The notes under the pieces are model-generated. The model did not search any database. It was not told where the DNA came from and worked only from the letters and a program-made list of their open reading frames with translations. Position numbers and translations under genes: made by a program. Positions 44,206-58,572 of a stretch of 64,000 nucleotides of DNA are shown piece after piece. Source of the stretch: Eledone cirrhosa (Eukaryota). The stretch is taken from positions 74,524,001 through 74,588,000 of the forward strand of contig OZ024747.1 of NCBI GenBank assembly GCA_964016885.1. The letters are read 5' to 3'. Position 1 is the first letter of the stretch. Each line of letters begins with the position of its first letter.

Positions 44206-44394
44206 CGAAGGAAATGTGGTAAGGAACCAGGTGGACCATAACGCACCAAAGTACTCAATACTTAGGGTAGTAGAGTGGGTAATAGGAACAAGTAAGACCC
44301 CGACGGCTGAGTTCAAGCCGTTTCGACGGCTAATTCAGTCCAGAATTAGCCGTCGAAACGGCTTGAGCCCAGCCGTCGGGGTCTTACTTGTTCC

Positions 44395-44396
<2 letters not shown>
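44120..44396. mobile_element. Fold-back PLE-like fragments (family C)
   Basis: Same sequence as 7411-7606. Fold centre 44337-44342. A tail fragment at 44120-44166 is inverted across (TA)n. Confidence 0.7.
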
Positions 44397-44467
<71 letters not shown>

Positions 44468-44633
44468 ATACACACACACACACACGTGTATACACATGTA
44501 TGTGTGCACGAATGTATTGTGTTTTTGTATAGTTTTATTTAAATTTGCTTGATAAATAGATGGGTTAAACATTTCAATTACACAGTACCGTTGTTTGATG
44601 ATACTTAAAACCTGGGGGCTTATTCGCTACAAT

Positions 44634-45235
44634 TATATTGCTGTTGTTGTTGTTGTTGCTGTTATTGTTGCTGTTGTTGCTGTTATTGTTGCTGTTGTTA
44701 CTGTTGTTGTTGCTGTGTTGTTGCTGTTGTTGCTGTTGTTATTGCTGCTATTGTTATTGCTGTTGTTGTTGCTGTTGTTATTGCTGCTGTTGTTGTTGTT
44801 GTTATTGCTGTTGTTGTTGTTATTGCTGTTGTTGTTGCTGTTGTTATTGCTGTTGTTGTTGCTGTTGTTATTGTTGTTGCTGTTGTTATTGCTGTTGTTG
44901 TTGCTGTTGTTATTGTTGCTGCTGTTGTTGTTATTGCTGTTGTTGTTGCTGTGTTGTTGCTGTTGTTGTTGCTGTTGTTATTGCTGTTGTTGTTACTGTT
45001 GTTATTGTTGCTGCTGTTGTTGTTATTGCTGTTGTTGTTGCTGTGTTGTTGCTGTTGTTGCTGTTGTTATTGCTGCTATTGTTATTGCTGTTGTTGTTGC
45101 TGTTGTTATTGCTGCTGTTGTTGTTGTTGTTGTTATTGCTGTTGTTGTTGTTATTGGTGTTGTTGTTGCTGTTGTTGTTGCTGCTGTTGCTGTTGTTATT
45201 GCTGGTGTTGTTGTTGTTGTTGTTGTTGTTGTTTG
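44634..45235. repeat. (GTT/GCT/ATT)n triplet repeat
   Basis: Seen directly. Low-complexity GGT/GTT sequence continues to ~46140. Confidence 0.95.
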
Positions 45236-46317
45236 CTTTGTCTATGTTTGTTTGTTGGTGTTTTTGTTGTTATTTTATTGGGGGTTTTTTTGACACAAAC
45301 AAAACCCAATTGATAAAAATGTCAACCTCACCATTTCTGAGCATCAATGAGGAAGATAAAAGAAAGAAATTGTTTAGGCTGTTATTATTATTATTATTTC
45401 TTTGTTTTTGCTATATTTATTGGGGTTTTTTGCGGTGGTGGAGTGGGGGGGTCATTTTTTTTTTTATTTATGATTCAGCTGTCGGCGTTGGTGTGGATTG
45501 GAACATGTTACATTTTGTTGGTTGTGGAGGAGGTGGAAATGGTGGTGGTGTGTGTGTGTGGGGGGGGGGGGGGTTATGGTGTTGTTATTGCTGTTATTGT
45601 GGTGGTGGTGGTGTTGGTGTTTTGTTGGTGGTGGTGTTGGTGGTTTTGGTCGTGGTGCTGCGGTTCTTGTTGGTGGTGGTGTTGCTGTTAGTGTTCATTA
45701 TTGTGATGGCAATGTTGTTGTTGTTATTGTTGGTTGTGCTGCTGGTGCTGGTGTGTTGAGAGGATGGTGGGAGTAGGGTTGGTGCTAGTTGTGTTGTTGG
45801 TGCTGATGGTGGGGGTGGTGCTGGTTGTGGGTGTTGATGCTGGTGGTGGGTGTTGGTGGTGGTGGTGGTGCTGAGAGTTGATGGTGGAGGTGGGTATTGC
45901 TGGTAGCTGTAGGGTGGGGGTTGTTGGTTGTGCTGCTCTTTGTGTTGGTGGGAGTTGTTGATGGTGGTGGCGACGTAGTTTTTGCTGGTGGTGGTGGTGG
46001 TAGTGGTGGTAGTCGTCGTCGTCGTCGTTGTCTCCATGTTGTTACTACTGCTGTTGTTGCTGCTGCTTGTGGTGCTACTGCTAGTGATAATGGTGGTGAC
46101 GGTGGCGGTGAGATTGATGCTGTTTTTGTTATTGTTGGTGTTTTTTCTTTGCATTTGTGTAGGGTAATGGGTGAATATGAGAAGGAAATATTACTCTGAG
46201 AATTATATACAGCTGCCATGTGATCTCTTGCAGAAATTGGTAAAGCAGAACTCCATTGGCGGTTGTCTTCATCTCAACTGAAATTATTGTTGTTTAATAG
46301 AGCAGCTTTTCGTTGAA

Positions 46318-46895
46318 ATAATAGTGGTTTCTGATTTAGGCACAAGGCCAGCAATTTGGGAGAAGGAGAAGGTCGATTATATCAACCCCAGTGCGTTACT
46401 GGTACTTTATTTTATCGACCCAGAAAGGATGAAAGGCAAAGCTAACTTTGGTGGGATTATAACTCAGAACGTAAAGGACCATAACACCACCCTAGTGATG
46501 ATAATAATTGTTTCTACTTTTGGCACAAGGCCAGCAATTACCCAGTGTATTACTGGTACTTTATTTTATCGACCCCGTAAGGATGAAAGGCAAAGTTAAC
46601 CTTGGCTGGATTTGAACTCAGACCGTAAAGGGGCGTAACTCTATGCTACAAAGCATGGCGTCCGACCGTCTAACGATACTGCCAATCCACCGCCATTGTT
46701 ATAATAATAATTGTTTCTACTTTAGGCACAAGGCCAGCAATTACCAGTGCATTACTGGTACTTTATTTTATCGACCCCGTAAGGATGAAAGGCAAAGTCA
46801 ACCTCGGCGGGATTTGAACTCAGATGGTAAAGGGACGTAACTATGCTGGAAAGCATGGCGTCCGACCCTCTACCGATACTGCCAATCCACCGCCC
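46318..46895 (-). mobile_element. Three tandem tRNA-derived SINE copies (46318-46480, 46501-46694, 46701-46895)
   Basis: Family 1 body. Two copies end in GCCAATCCACCGCC. Confidence 0.9.
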
Positions 46896-47049
46896 TTTAA
46901 TAATAATAATTGTAGTGATGTATTTTATTAACCATGACGACCCAAGACATTGGGGACAATACACGAACGAAAAAAACAACACAGAGTGGAGATTACATCT
47001 GATTTGTCAATATATTTAAACTACTTATTGCTTTGTACATATGTATGGA

Positions 47050-47359
47050 GCCATAATTCCTAATGGTATCGTAGGGACGCCGTCTGGAACTATATAGTGT
47101 ATCTTAGGTACTTTAAACCCGACTATGTCCATACTCTCGCCAAGTTGGAACATAGTCTATTTCTTCGAGAGAAAGAGAGAGGGGGGAGTGCGAAGAAATA
47201 TAGAGTAAGAATTGACCTCAGTACTGGAGAGGTAAGTTTTCTAACGACCTCGAAATGATGAAAGACAATATTGGATTCGGCGAGATTTGAACTCAGAGAG
47301 CTGGAACGAATAATGTAAAGCAATGTAGCCGACCTTCTAACGACTCTGCCAATTCGCTG
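47050..47359 (-). mobile_element. Diverged long-tail SINE copy
   Basis: Similar to 35625-35911. Confidence 0.65.
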
Positions 47360-48153
47360 ACATATATACGAATGTAATAAATCAATATGTTGTGAAATAT
47401 GAAGACAGATAAACTTAACACCTCCATAACACTTGTGTTGTGTTCCATCTCTTGCTGAGACACTTTATTGAAATTGCCTAAAAACTTGTGCATGATAACG
47501 AAATTATTATTATGTTACATTACATTTAGCATTAATGTGTTACTCAAGACACCAGCAATAAAATTCCTTTAAGTGATGGATCCACAGTAATATTTCTAAT
47601 TTAACAAATTATATTGAACAATTTAGGTTCAGATCAAATTACTTGTTTTCATTGACACTTGTTATTAATAGGTCGGTGATAGTCACTGTTAATTTAACTG
47701 AATTTACTCACCAGCTGAAAATAATAATACTTCATATCACATGAATACTGTTTTAAAAATTAATTAGCAATTAGCAATTTCTAATATAGACACCATGCCA
47801 AGTATTCTGTGTGTGAGAGAACAAACAGTTCATCAGATCAGTCCTAGTTCTTGACTAGTATTCTAGTATTAATTTTATCGAACCTAGAAAATTGGAATGC
47901 ATTGTTACTCTCGGTGGGTAGCTGCGACCTTTTTTTACCCAGACTTGAGTGACACTTCGACACTGAATTGTTTTATTTTTCTTTATTTTATTAAATCTGC
48001 CAAGAGTTGCGATCGATGAAAAGTATGAGCAATTGAAAGACCAACGGTAACATTGTTTCTTTGGTTTGATTTGACGAGTTCCAACACACTCCTTAAGTGA
48101 ATGAGGCCTGGTATCTTGTCGATCTATTACATATATATATATATATATGTGTG

Positions 48154-48246
<93 letters not shown>

Positions 48247-48275
48247 AGAATAGGATGGCTGTGTAGTTGCTAGTA

Positions 48276-48581
48276 AAGTTAAGCTTAAAAATGGAATGAG
48301 AATAAGAAGAAAGCAAGAACGGGGGGGGGTTCTTCATCAGTTGTCTACTGGGGGTCTCGGATATTTCAACGCTTTAAAGACAATATATCTACCCCCAGAG
48401 CGTTCAATAACCGGGTAGGTTATTGGGAAAACGGAGGAGGGAGAGAAGGAAAATTTAGGTAGATATATTGTTTTTAAAGCGTTGAAATATCCGATACTCC
48501 CAGTAGACAACTGAAGAGGAAAACTCCCCCCGCCCCGTTCTTGCTTTCTTCTTTTTCTCATTCCATTTTTAAGCTTAACTT
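48276..48581. repeat. Inverted repeat (arms 48276-48393 and 48458-48581), probable PLE-type fold-back
   Basis: ~120-bp arms with a 64-nt spacer. Ends in (TA)n and contains ACAACTGAWGA. Confidence 0.75.
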
Positions 48582-49468
48582 ATATATATATATATATATA
48601 TATTAATCTGCAATACTGTATTAAAATGTATTCAGGGATTCTGCTGTTACATTCAATCCAATTCCATTAACTCTTACCAAAAGTTCCGTACAGCCAGGCT
48701 GAACCCAGAATTATGAGTCTGTGTAGCAAATTACTTAACCAAACATATGACCTTCAGCACATCTCTTAATTTCAACTCATTGGCCCATTTAAGTTATTTC
48801 CCTTAGATCGTTATGCTTTTTTTTATATGCAAAATGTTATGTTTTACTACGAGAAACTATTTTTAATCATTCATAATGTTTGGTTTGTTGTTATTTAGAC
48901 TTCGGAAACATTCTTCGCTAAGTTTTTTCAAAGGTTGATGGTGTTGTTTGTTTAAGCTTTTAATTATTTGGGAATAATTTATGGGAGAGAGAGAAAGAGA
49001 GAACGGCTTAATTCTTATTGATTGTTATTGATTGATATAGGCTTAAGATAGAAAACAACACATGGAAGCGGGAAAGTGATAGAAACGATCATTAGGTTGT
49101 TATTTGCAGACGAAGATGACTTTCTGACCTGCAAGCTTAGTCATAGAGACTTTCGTCAAGTCTAACTGACATAGATGTGTATCGCTGTATATAATAGTCT
49201 AACAATAGTTTTTCTCATTGAATTATTTTAGTTTTACTGCACCATATTTCACAACTATCTAAGAAGTAAACAATTTACAATTCAGGTCATATAGAGCAAC
49301 TAAATATTCAAATATAGATAAGACTTTCAAAAAGAGGGTTAATGTAAAACCTTTAAGGTTCATCGAGATAATGTGCCTTTAAAAATTTCATTAAAATTTC
49401 ATTAAAATGTTTTATATATAATCAAGCAGAGAAACTGCCAAGCATGAACTGAATAAGCACACAATATA

Positions 49469-49569
<101 letters not shown>

Positions 49570-50404
49570 TTTATAAACAGAGACGGCAAAATGTCGGATA
49601 GAATAAAATTTATATAAACGCAATTTGATAGAAGTTGGAATAATTATATAATTAAAACAAGTAAATAAAATGGGAGACAGCTGTATGAGGAACAAAAGAA
49701 AATTAGTAACTTGTCACTATCATCTGCCATCTGGGAACTTTGTCCGATGACATCAGTCTCACAAACAGATATGACTTGTACATGCGCACAAAGACGCGTG
49801 TGCCTTCCTATGTACCATTATATATATATATACATACATATGTGTGTCTGTGTGTGTCACTGTGTGTGTGTCACTGTGTGTCTGTGTCTGTGTGTGTGTA
49901 TGTGTCTGTGTATCTGTGTGGGAGTTCATGGAAGCTGTGCATGTCGGGCGTAAGATGTCAAGGCTGCGTGTGAATGACGCCTAACGATAGTTAAGACGAA
50001 GTGACGAGTGATATCATCTGTTGAGGAATGTATGTGTGTTTTAGTCTATGTTTGTGTATTTGTGGTTGTGTGCATGTGTGTGTGCGTGTCTGTGTAGTTA
50101 TGTGCATGTGTGTATATGTGTGTTTGTGATTAGAACTTACACGTCTGGCTTTTCTCCAGAATAAATGTCAATAGAAGTCGTGCATCCCAGAAACAGAAGT
50201 TGTCTATGATAAACAGACTACCAACATTTGTGATCTGGTACCCATCCTTGCTGCTCTAGGTTACATTTCCTCAAGTCATTTTACACGTTATCGTCCTTTC
50301 GTCCCACAACTTGTGTCACTCAATCTTTATATCAATTCTAAATCATTCTCGCCCCACTCCCTCTCTTCCCGTCTCTCTTTCTCTTTCACTCACTGTATAT
50401 ACAC

Positions 50405-50446
<42 letters not shown>

Positions 50447-50811
50447 ATAAGTAGGAACAGTAACACAGGGTTATAACACATTAAGCTATATTATATATAT
50501 ATATATACACACACACACAAATGTATGTATATATATATATATATATGTGTGTATATATATATATAAAAATATATATATATATCCAACTAGCCCCTCTCAC
50601 GTTATCTCTTGCTCCATCTCTCTTTATGTGTGTGTCCTTATCACGAAGTCGCACATATTTATTCATCCGAGCACTCATAGGTGCACACACGGATACAAGA
50701 ACACATATATACTAATGTAAACCTCTACATACATACGCACACTACATATTTATTCAACGTAGACGCACACACACGCACACACACGCACACACTCACACAC
50801 CTACACACACA

Positions 50812-50842
<31 letters not shown>

Positions 50843-51417
50843 GCGCACACTCACACACAAACAAACACTGTCACGCACTGATACATATCCTCTTATATAT
50901 TCATATAGCGCTATGCATACATATACACGCAACACACAACACACCAACTCATACACTCTTACACATGTATGAGCACGCACATAAACACACACACTTAATC
51001 ACTGACACATACATATGCTTTTATAAATTCATATATTCCTAGGTATACATATACATACAACACATGAACTCACACGTTCACACACATGTATGTACATGCA
51101 CAATCATTTACACATACGAATGGACACGCACGCATACACACATTTACAAGTACATAGATAAAATCATTTATGCATACACTCATAATTTCCTATATATATA
51201 AATGTACTCACTACAACTATTAGTATTATAAACTGCTCCCAAGAGATAAGAAAAGTTCCCCAGAATTCTTCATCAGGGTGGTCGATTGGAAGAATCAGTA
51301 GAGCAACAGAGCAAAAATATGTCTTGTAATTGTTCCAGCTCTTTGCATTCTAAGTTCAGATTCCACTGAGGTCAACTTTGTTTTTGCAAAACGAGGATGT
51401 AGTTTATGGAACACCCG

Positions 51418-51894
51418 AATGATTTAGAAGTCGACCTTAAGTAGGAGCAATAACATTAAGAAAGACATGAACGACACCACATGATTTTGTTTTGAAAATT
51501 TTGAAAGTAGGTTTATAAGTATGAATTTTCATAAAATTTTCATAGCTGTCTCTGTGGTCTAGCGGTAGCTACCAGATACGTTGGAAACCATGGTCTTGGG
51601 TTCAATCCTGGTCAAGAGGTGCATGTAATCTTCTTCAGTTTTTTATTTTACAAACAATAGAAAAAAACTGAAAAAGTTTATTTACCGCGAACCCTACTGC
51701 CGACTAAGATCGAACTTCAGACCAGGATCACCACCGTCTATGGTTCTCCCAACTAGGCGACCGAGATAACTACGAAAGTATAATGAAAATTGATAATTAT
51801 AAACGTACTTTCAAAATCAAAGTTACAAAGATGTGGTGTCGTTCATGGTTTTCCTAGAGCTATTAGTCATATTTAGAGTCGATTTCTGGTCATT
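51418..51894. mobile_element. Imperfect inverted-repeat (MITE-like) element with two convergent tRNA-like units
   Basis: CATGAACGACACCACAT...TTTTGAAAGTA.GTTTATAA on both arms. Each arm then has an A-box-like motif, a B-box-like motif (GGTTCAATCC 51599-51608; reverse complement AGTTCGATCT 51707-51716) and TTCAGTTTTTT. Confidence 0.7.
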
Positions 51895-52083
51895 ATTGAA
51901 AGTCTCTGGATATTTTTTATTGGAGAAGGTAAGATATTTTTCGGCAAAAATTTGATTGCACGGTTTTGTTTCCACTTATGTATTTTTCGAAAATGTTATT
52001 CGACTTTCCCCTCCCCCAAAATTGCTGCCCTTGTGCCTATATAAGAAACCATTATTGCTATTGCTGTGTTGTTTCTGCTATTG

Positions 52084-52980
52084 TCACCATCATCATCACC
52101 ATCATCATCATCACCATCATCATCACCATCATCATCATTCTCATCATCATCACCATCAGCATCATCATCATCATCATCACCATCACCATTATCATCACCA
52201 TCATCATCACCATCACCATCACCATCACCACCACCACCATCACATCACCATCACTATCATCATCATCATCACCATACTACCATCACCATCACCATCATCA
52301 TCACCATCACCATCACCATCATTATCATCACTATCATCACCATCATCACCACCATAACCATCACCATCACCATCACCTTCACCATCACCATCATCACCAC
52401 CATCACCACCACCACCATCACTACCACCACCACCATCACCACCACCACCATAACCATCACCATCACCATCACCATCACCATCATCACCACCACCATCACC
52501 ATCACCACCACCGTAACCATCACCACCGCCACCACCATCACCACCACCATCACATCACCATCACTATCATCATCATCATCACCATACCACCATCACCATC
52601 ACCATCACCATCACCATCATTATCATCACTATCATCACCATCATCACCACCACCACCATCACCACCACCACCATAACCATCACCATCACCATCACCATCA
52701 CCATCATCACCACCACCATCACCATCACCACCACCGTAACCATCACCACCACCACCATCACCACCACCACCATAACTATCACCATCAACATCACCATCAC
52801 CATCATCACCATCACCACCACCATCACCATCACCACCACCGTAACCATCACCACCACCACCATCACCACCACCACCATAACTATCACCATCAACATCACC
52901 ATCACCATCATCACCATCACCATCACCATCACCATCACCACCACCGTAACCATCACCATCACCACCACCACCATCACTAT
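52084..52980. repeat. (CAT/CAC)n triplet repeat
   Basis: Seen directly. (GAT)n and (GGA)n follow at 53167-53380. Confidence 0.95.
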
Positions 52981-53166
52981 TAATGATGTCATTATATTTC
53001 TGTCTCTTTAATTATTACAAGAATTCTGTTCAGTTCTAAAATAAATGGATTTTCTTGGCTTTCTTCTTTTTTCGTTTTTTGTTTTTTTAATGTCATTTTT
53101 ATTTTTTATTTAAACCATATTTTTTTATTTCACCATGTTTTATGATGACGATATTGAGATGGTGAA

Positions 53167-53274
<108 letters not shown>

Positions 53275-53867
53275 GAGGAGGAGGAGGTGGAGTAGGAGGT
53301 GGTGGTGGAGGAGGAGGAGGAGGAGGAGGAGGCTGGAGGGGGGGGGGGGGCAGTAGGAGGAGGAGGAGGAGCAGGAGGAGGATAAGTGTAATCATGATGA
53401 TCGTGGCGATGACAATGCTCGTAAGGAATATATTGAAGATGCTGCTACTGCTGCTGTTGATGATGATGGTGTTGGTGATGGTGATGGTGGTGATGGAGGT
53501 TGTGACAATGATGATGGTGATTGTGGTGGAGGTGGTGTTGGTGACAATGATGATGATGATGATGATGATGACGATGATGATGGTGAATGTGGCGGCGGCG
53601 GTGATGCCAGTGACAATGATGATAATGATGATATAGTGCTCATAAATTTAATAAAGTTTAATTTCAAATAAACCATGTAGTTGGAATGAGTGACAGAAAT
53701 CTCCGGATAATAAAACACAACAACAACAACAACAACATTCACAACAGCAACAGTAATATGAACATCGGTTAAGAACAATAACATGGCAACAACAACGACA
53801 CAACAACAACAATAACAACAACAACAACAAACTACCGTTACTCGTACAACCATTATATTATATATGG

Positions 53868-56800
53868 TCCTGTAACTCCCGAGGGAGTCATAAGGATGTC
53901 ACATTGACATATAACATTTCTTGGACATTTTAAAACTTGGTTGAGGCTTTCTCCTCTCCAGGTCTGAATACAATAGATATCTTCCATAGAAGGATAGACA
54001 GAGTGAGAGAATGGAAGTGAGAAAGAGATATAGAGGAAGAATCGTCCCCAGTACTTGACTGGTACTTTTTATCGACCTCGCAAGGATGAAAGTTGACCTC
54101 GACGTGATTTGAACTCTGAGAGCAGAGATCCGAAAGTGATACTAAAAGTAGTCTAACTGACATTCTAACGACTCAATTCACCGACAGTAGTCTATCTGAC
54201 ATTCTAACGACACAATTCATCGACAGTAGTCTATCTGACATTCTAACGACTCAATTCACCGACAGTAGTCTATCTGACATTCTAACGACACAATTCATCG
54301 ACAGTGGTCTATCTGACATTCTAACGACTCAATTCATCGACAGTAGTCTATCTGACATTCTAACGACTCAATTCACCAACAGTAGTCTATCTGACATTCT
54401 AATGACTCAATTCATCGACAGTAGTCTATCTGACATTCTAACGACTCAATTCACCGACAGTAGTCTCTCTGACATTCTAACGACTCAATTCACCAACAGT
54501 AGTCTATCTGACATTCTAACGACTCAATTCATCGACAGTAGTCTATCTGACATTCTAACGACTCAATTCACCAACAGTAGTCTATCTGACATTCTAACGA
54601 CTCAATTCACCGACAGTAGTCTATCTGACATTCTAACGACTCAATTCACCAACAGTAGTCTATCTGACATTCTAACGACTCAATTCACCGACAGTAGTCT
54701 ATCTGACATTCTAACGACACAATTCACCGACAGTGGTCTGTCTGACATTCTAACGACTCAATTCACCGACAGTAGTCTATCTGACATTCTAAAGACTCAA
54801 TTCACCGACAGTAGTCTATCTGACATTCTAATGACTCAATTCACCGACAGTAGTCTATCTGACATTCTAACGACTCAATTCACCGACAGTAGTCTCTCTG
54901 ACATTCTAACGACTCAATTCACCAACAGTAGTCTATCTGACATTCTAACGACTCAATTCACCAACAGTAGTCTATCTGACATTCTAACGACTCAATTCAC
55001 CGACAGTAGTCTATCTGACATTCTAACGACACAATTCATCGACAGTAGTCTATCTGACATTCTAACGACTCAATTCACCGACAGTAGTCTATCTGACATT
55101 CTAACGACTCAATTCACCAACAGTAGTCTATCTGACATTCTAACGACTCAATTCATCGACAGTAGTCTATCTGACATTCTAACGACACAATTCACCGACA
55201 GTGGTCTGTCTGACATTCTAACGACTCAATTCACCGACAGTAGTCTATCTGACATTCTAACGACTCAATTCACCGACAGTAGTCTATCTGACATTCTAAT
55301 GACTCAATTCACCGACAGTAGTCTATCTGACATTCTAACGACACAATTCATCGACAGTAGTCTATCTGACATTCTAACGACTCAATTAACCGACAGTAGT
55401 CTATCTGACATTCTAACGACTCAATTAACCGACAGTAGTCTATCTGACATTCTAACGACTCAATTCACCGACAGTAGTCTATCTGACATTCTAACGACAC
55501 AATTCATCGACAGTAGTCTATCTGACATTCTAACGACTCAATTCACCGACAGTAGTCTATCTGACATTCTAATGACTCATTTAACCGACAGTAGTCTATC
55601 TGACATTCTAACGACTCAATTAACCGACAATAGTCTATCTGACATTCTAACGACACAATTCATCGACAGTAGTCTATCTGACATTCTAACGACTCAATTC
55701 ACCGACAGTAGTCTATCTGACATTCTAACGACTCAATTAACCGACAATAGTCTATCTGACATTCTAACGACACAATTCATCGACAGTAGTCTATCTGACA
55801 TTCTAACGACTCAATTAACCGACAGTAGTCTATCTGACATTCTAACGACACAATTAACCGACAGTAGTCTATCTCACATTCTAACGACATAATTCACCAA
55901 CTGTAGTCTATCTGACGTTCTAACGACTCAATTCACCGACAGTAGTCTATGTGACATTCTAACGACTCAATTCACCGACAGTAGTCTATCTGACGTTCTA
56001 ATGACTCAATTCACTGACAGTAGTCTCTCTGACATTCTAATGACTCAATTCATCGACAGTAGTCTATCTGATATTCTAACGACTCAATTCACCGACAGTA
56101 GTCTATCTGACATTCTAATGACTCAATTCATCGACAGTAGTCTATCTGACATTCTAATGACTCAATTCATCGACATTAGTCTATCTGATATTCTAACGAC
56201 TCAATTCACCGACAGTAGTCTATCTGACATTCTAATGACTCAATTCATCGACAGTAGTCTATCTGACATTCTAACGACTCAATTCACCGACAGTAGTCTA
56301 TCTGACATTCTAATGACTCAATTCACCAACAGTAGTCTATCTGACATTCTAATGACTCAATTCACCGACAGTAGTCTATCTGACATTCTAACGACTCAAT
56401 TCACCGACAGTAGTCTATCTGACATTCTAACGACTCAATTAACCGACAGTAGTCTATCTGACATTCTAACGACTCAATTCACCGACAGTAGTCTATCTGA
56501 CATTCTAACGACACAATTAACCGACAGTAGTCTATCTCACATTCTAACGACATAATTCACCAACTGTAGTCTATCTGACATTCTAACGACTCAATTCACC
56601 GACAGTAGTCTATCTGACATTCTAACGACACAATTCATCGACAGTAGTCTATCTGACATTTTAACGACTCAATTAACCGACAGTAGTCTATCTGACATTC
56701 GAACGACTCAATTCACCGACAGTAGTCTATCTGACATTCTAACGACTCAATTCACCGACAGTAGTCTATCTGACATTCTAATGACTCATTTAACCGACAG

Positions 56801-58572
56801 TAGTCTATCTGACATTCTAACGACTCAATTAACCGACAATAGTCTATCTGACATTCTAACGACACAATTCATCGACAGTAGTCTATCTGACATTCTAACG
56901 ACTCAATTCACCGACAGTAGTCTATCTGACATTCTAACGACTCAATTAACCGACAATAGTCTATCTGACATTCTAACGACACAATTCATCGACAGTAGTC
57001 TATCTGACATTCTAACGACTCAATTAACCGACAGTAGTCTATCTGACATTCTAACGACACAATTAACCGACAGTAGTCTATCTCACATTCTAACGACATA
57101 ATTCACCAACTGTAGTCTATCTGACGTTCTAACGACTCAATTCACCGACAGTAGTCTATGTGACATTCTAACGACTCAATTCACCGACAGTAGTCTATCT
57201 GACATTCTAATGACTCAATTCACCGACAGTAGTCTCTCTGACATTCTAATGACTCAATTCATCGACAGTAGTCTATCTGATATTCTAACGACTCAATTCA
57301 CCGACAGTAGTCTATCTGACATTCTAACGACTCAATTCACCGACAGTAGTCTATCTGACATTCTAACGACTCAATTCACCGACAGTAGTCTATCTGATAT
57401 TCTAACGACTCAATTTACCGACAGTAGTCTATCTGACATTCTAATGACTCAATTCATCGACAGTTGTCTATCTGATATTCTAACGACTCAATTCACCGAC
57501 AGTAGTCTATCTGACATTCTAATGACTCAATTCATCGACAGTAGTCTATCTGATATTCTAACGACTCAATTCACCGACAGTAGTCTATCTGACATTCTAA
57601 TGACTCAATTCACCGACAGTAGTCTATCTGATATTCTAACGACTCAATTCACCGACAGTAGTCTATCTTACATTCTAATGACTCAATTCATCGACAGTAG
57701 TCTATCTGACATTCTAATGACTCAATTCACCGACAGTAGTCTATCTGATATTCTAACGACTCAATTCACCGACAGTAGTCTATCTTACATTCTAATGACT
57801 CAATTCATCGACACTAATGACTCAATTCATCGACAGTAGTCTATCTGACATTCTAACGACTCAATTCACCGACAGTAGTCTATCTGACATTCTAATGACT
57901 CAATTCATCGACAGTAGTCTATCTGATATTCTAACGACTCAATTCACCGACAGTAGTCTATCTGACATTCTAATGCCTCAATTCATCGACAGTAGTCTAT
58001 CTGACATTCTAACGACTCAATTCACCGACAGTAGTCTATCTGACATTCTAATGACTCAATTCACCAACAGTAGTCTATCTGACATTCTAATGACTCAATT
58101 CACCGTCAGTAGTCTATCTGACATTCTAACGACTCAATTCACCGACAGTAGTCTATCTGACATTCTAACCACTCAATTCACCGACAGTAGTCTATCTGAT
58201 ATTCTAATGACTCAATTCACCAACAATAGTCTATCTGACATTCTAACGACTCAATTCACCGACAGTAGTCTATCTGTCATTCTAATGACTCAATTCACCG
58301 ACTAGTCTATCTGATATTCTAACGACTCAATTCACCGACAGTAGTCTCTCTGACATTCTAATGACTCAATTCACCGACAGTAGTCTATCTGATATTCTAA
58401 CGACACAATTCACCAACAATAGTCTATCTGACATTCTAACGACTCAATTCACCGACAGTAGTCTATTTGATATTCTAACGACTCAATTCACCGACAGTAG
58501 TCTATCTGACATTCTAACGACTCAATTCACCGACAGTAGTCTATCTGACCTTCTAACGACTCAATTCACCGC
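53868..58572 (-). mobile_element. Long-tail SINE whose 5' head is expanded into a satellite
   Basis: Tail 53868-54000 and body 54045-54150 (GATTTGAACTC). The array ends in CAATTCACCGCC (58561-58573), the reverse complement of the SINE 5' terminus. Confidence 0.8.
54149..58571. repeat. 39-bp satellite, ~113 copies
   Basis: Unit AGTAGTCTATCTGACATTCTAACGACTCAATTCACCGAC. Confidence 0.98.

Noticed and set aside
44595-46219. Poly-Leu/Cys/Val ORFs
   Set aside because: Low-complexity triplet repeats.
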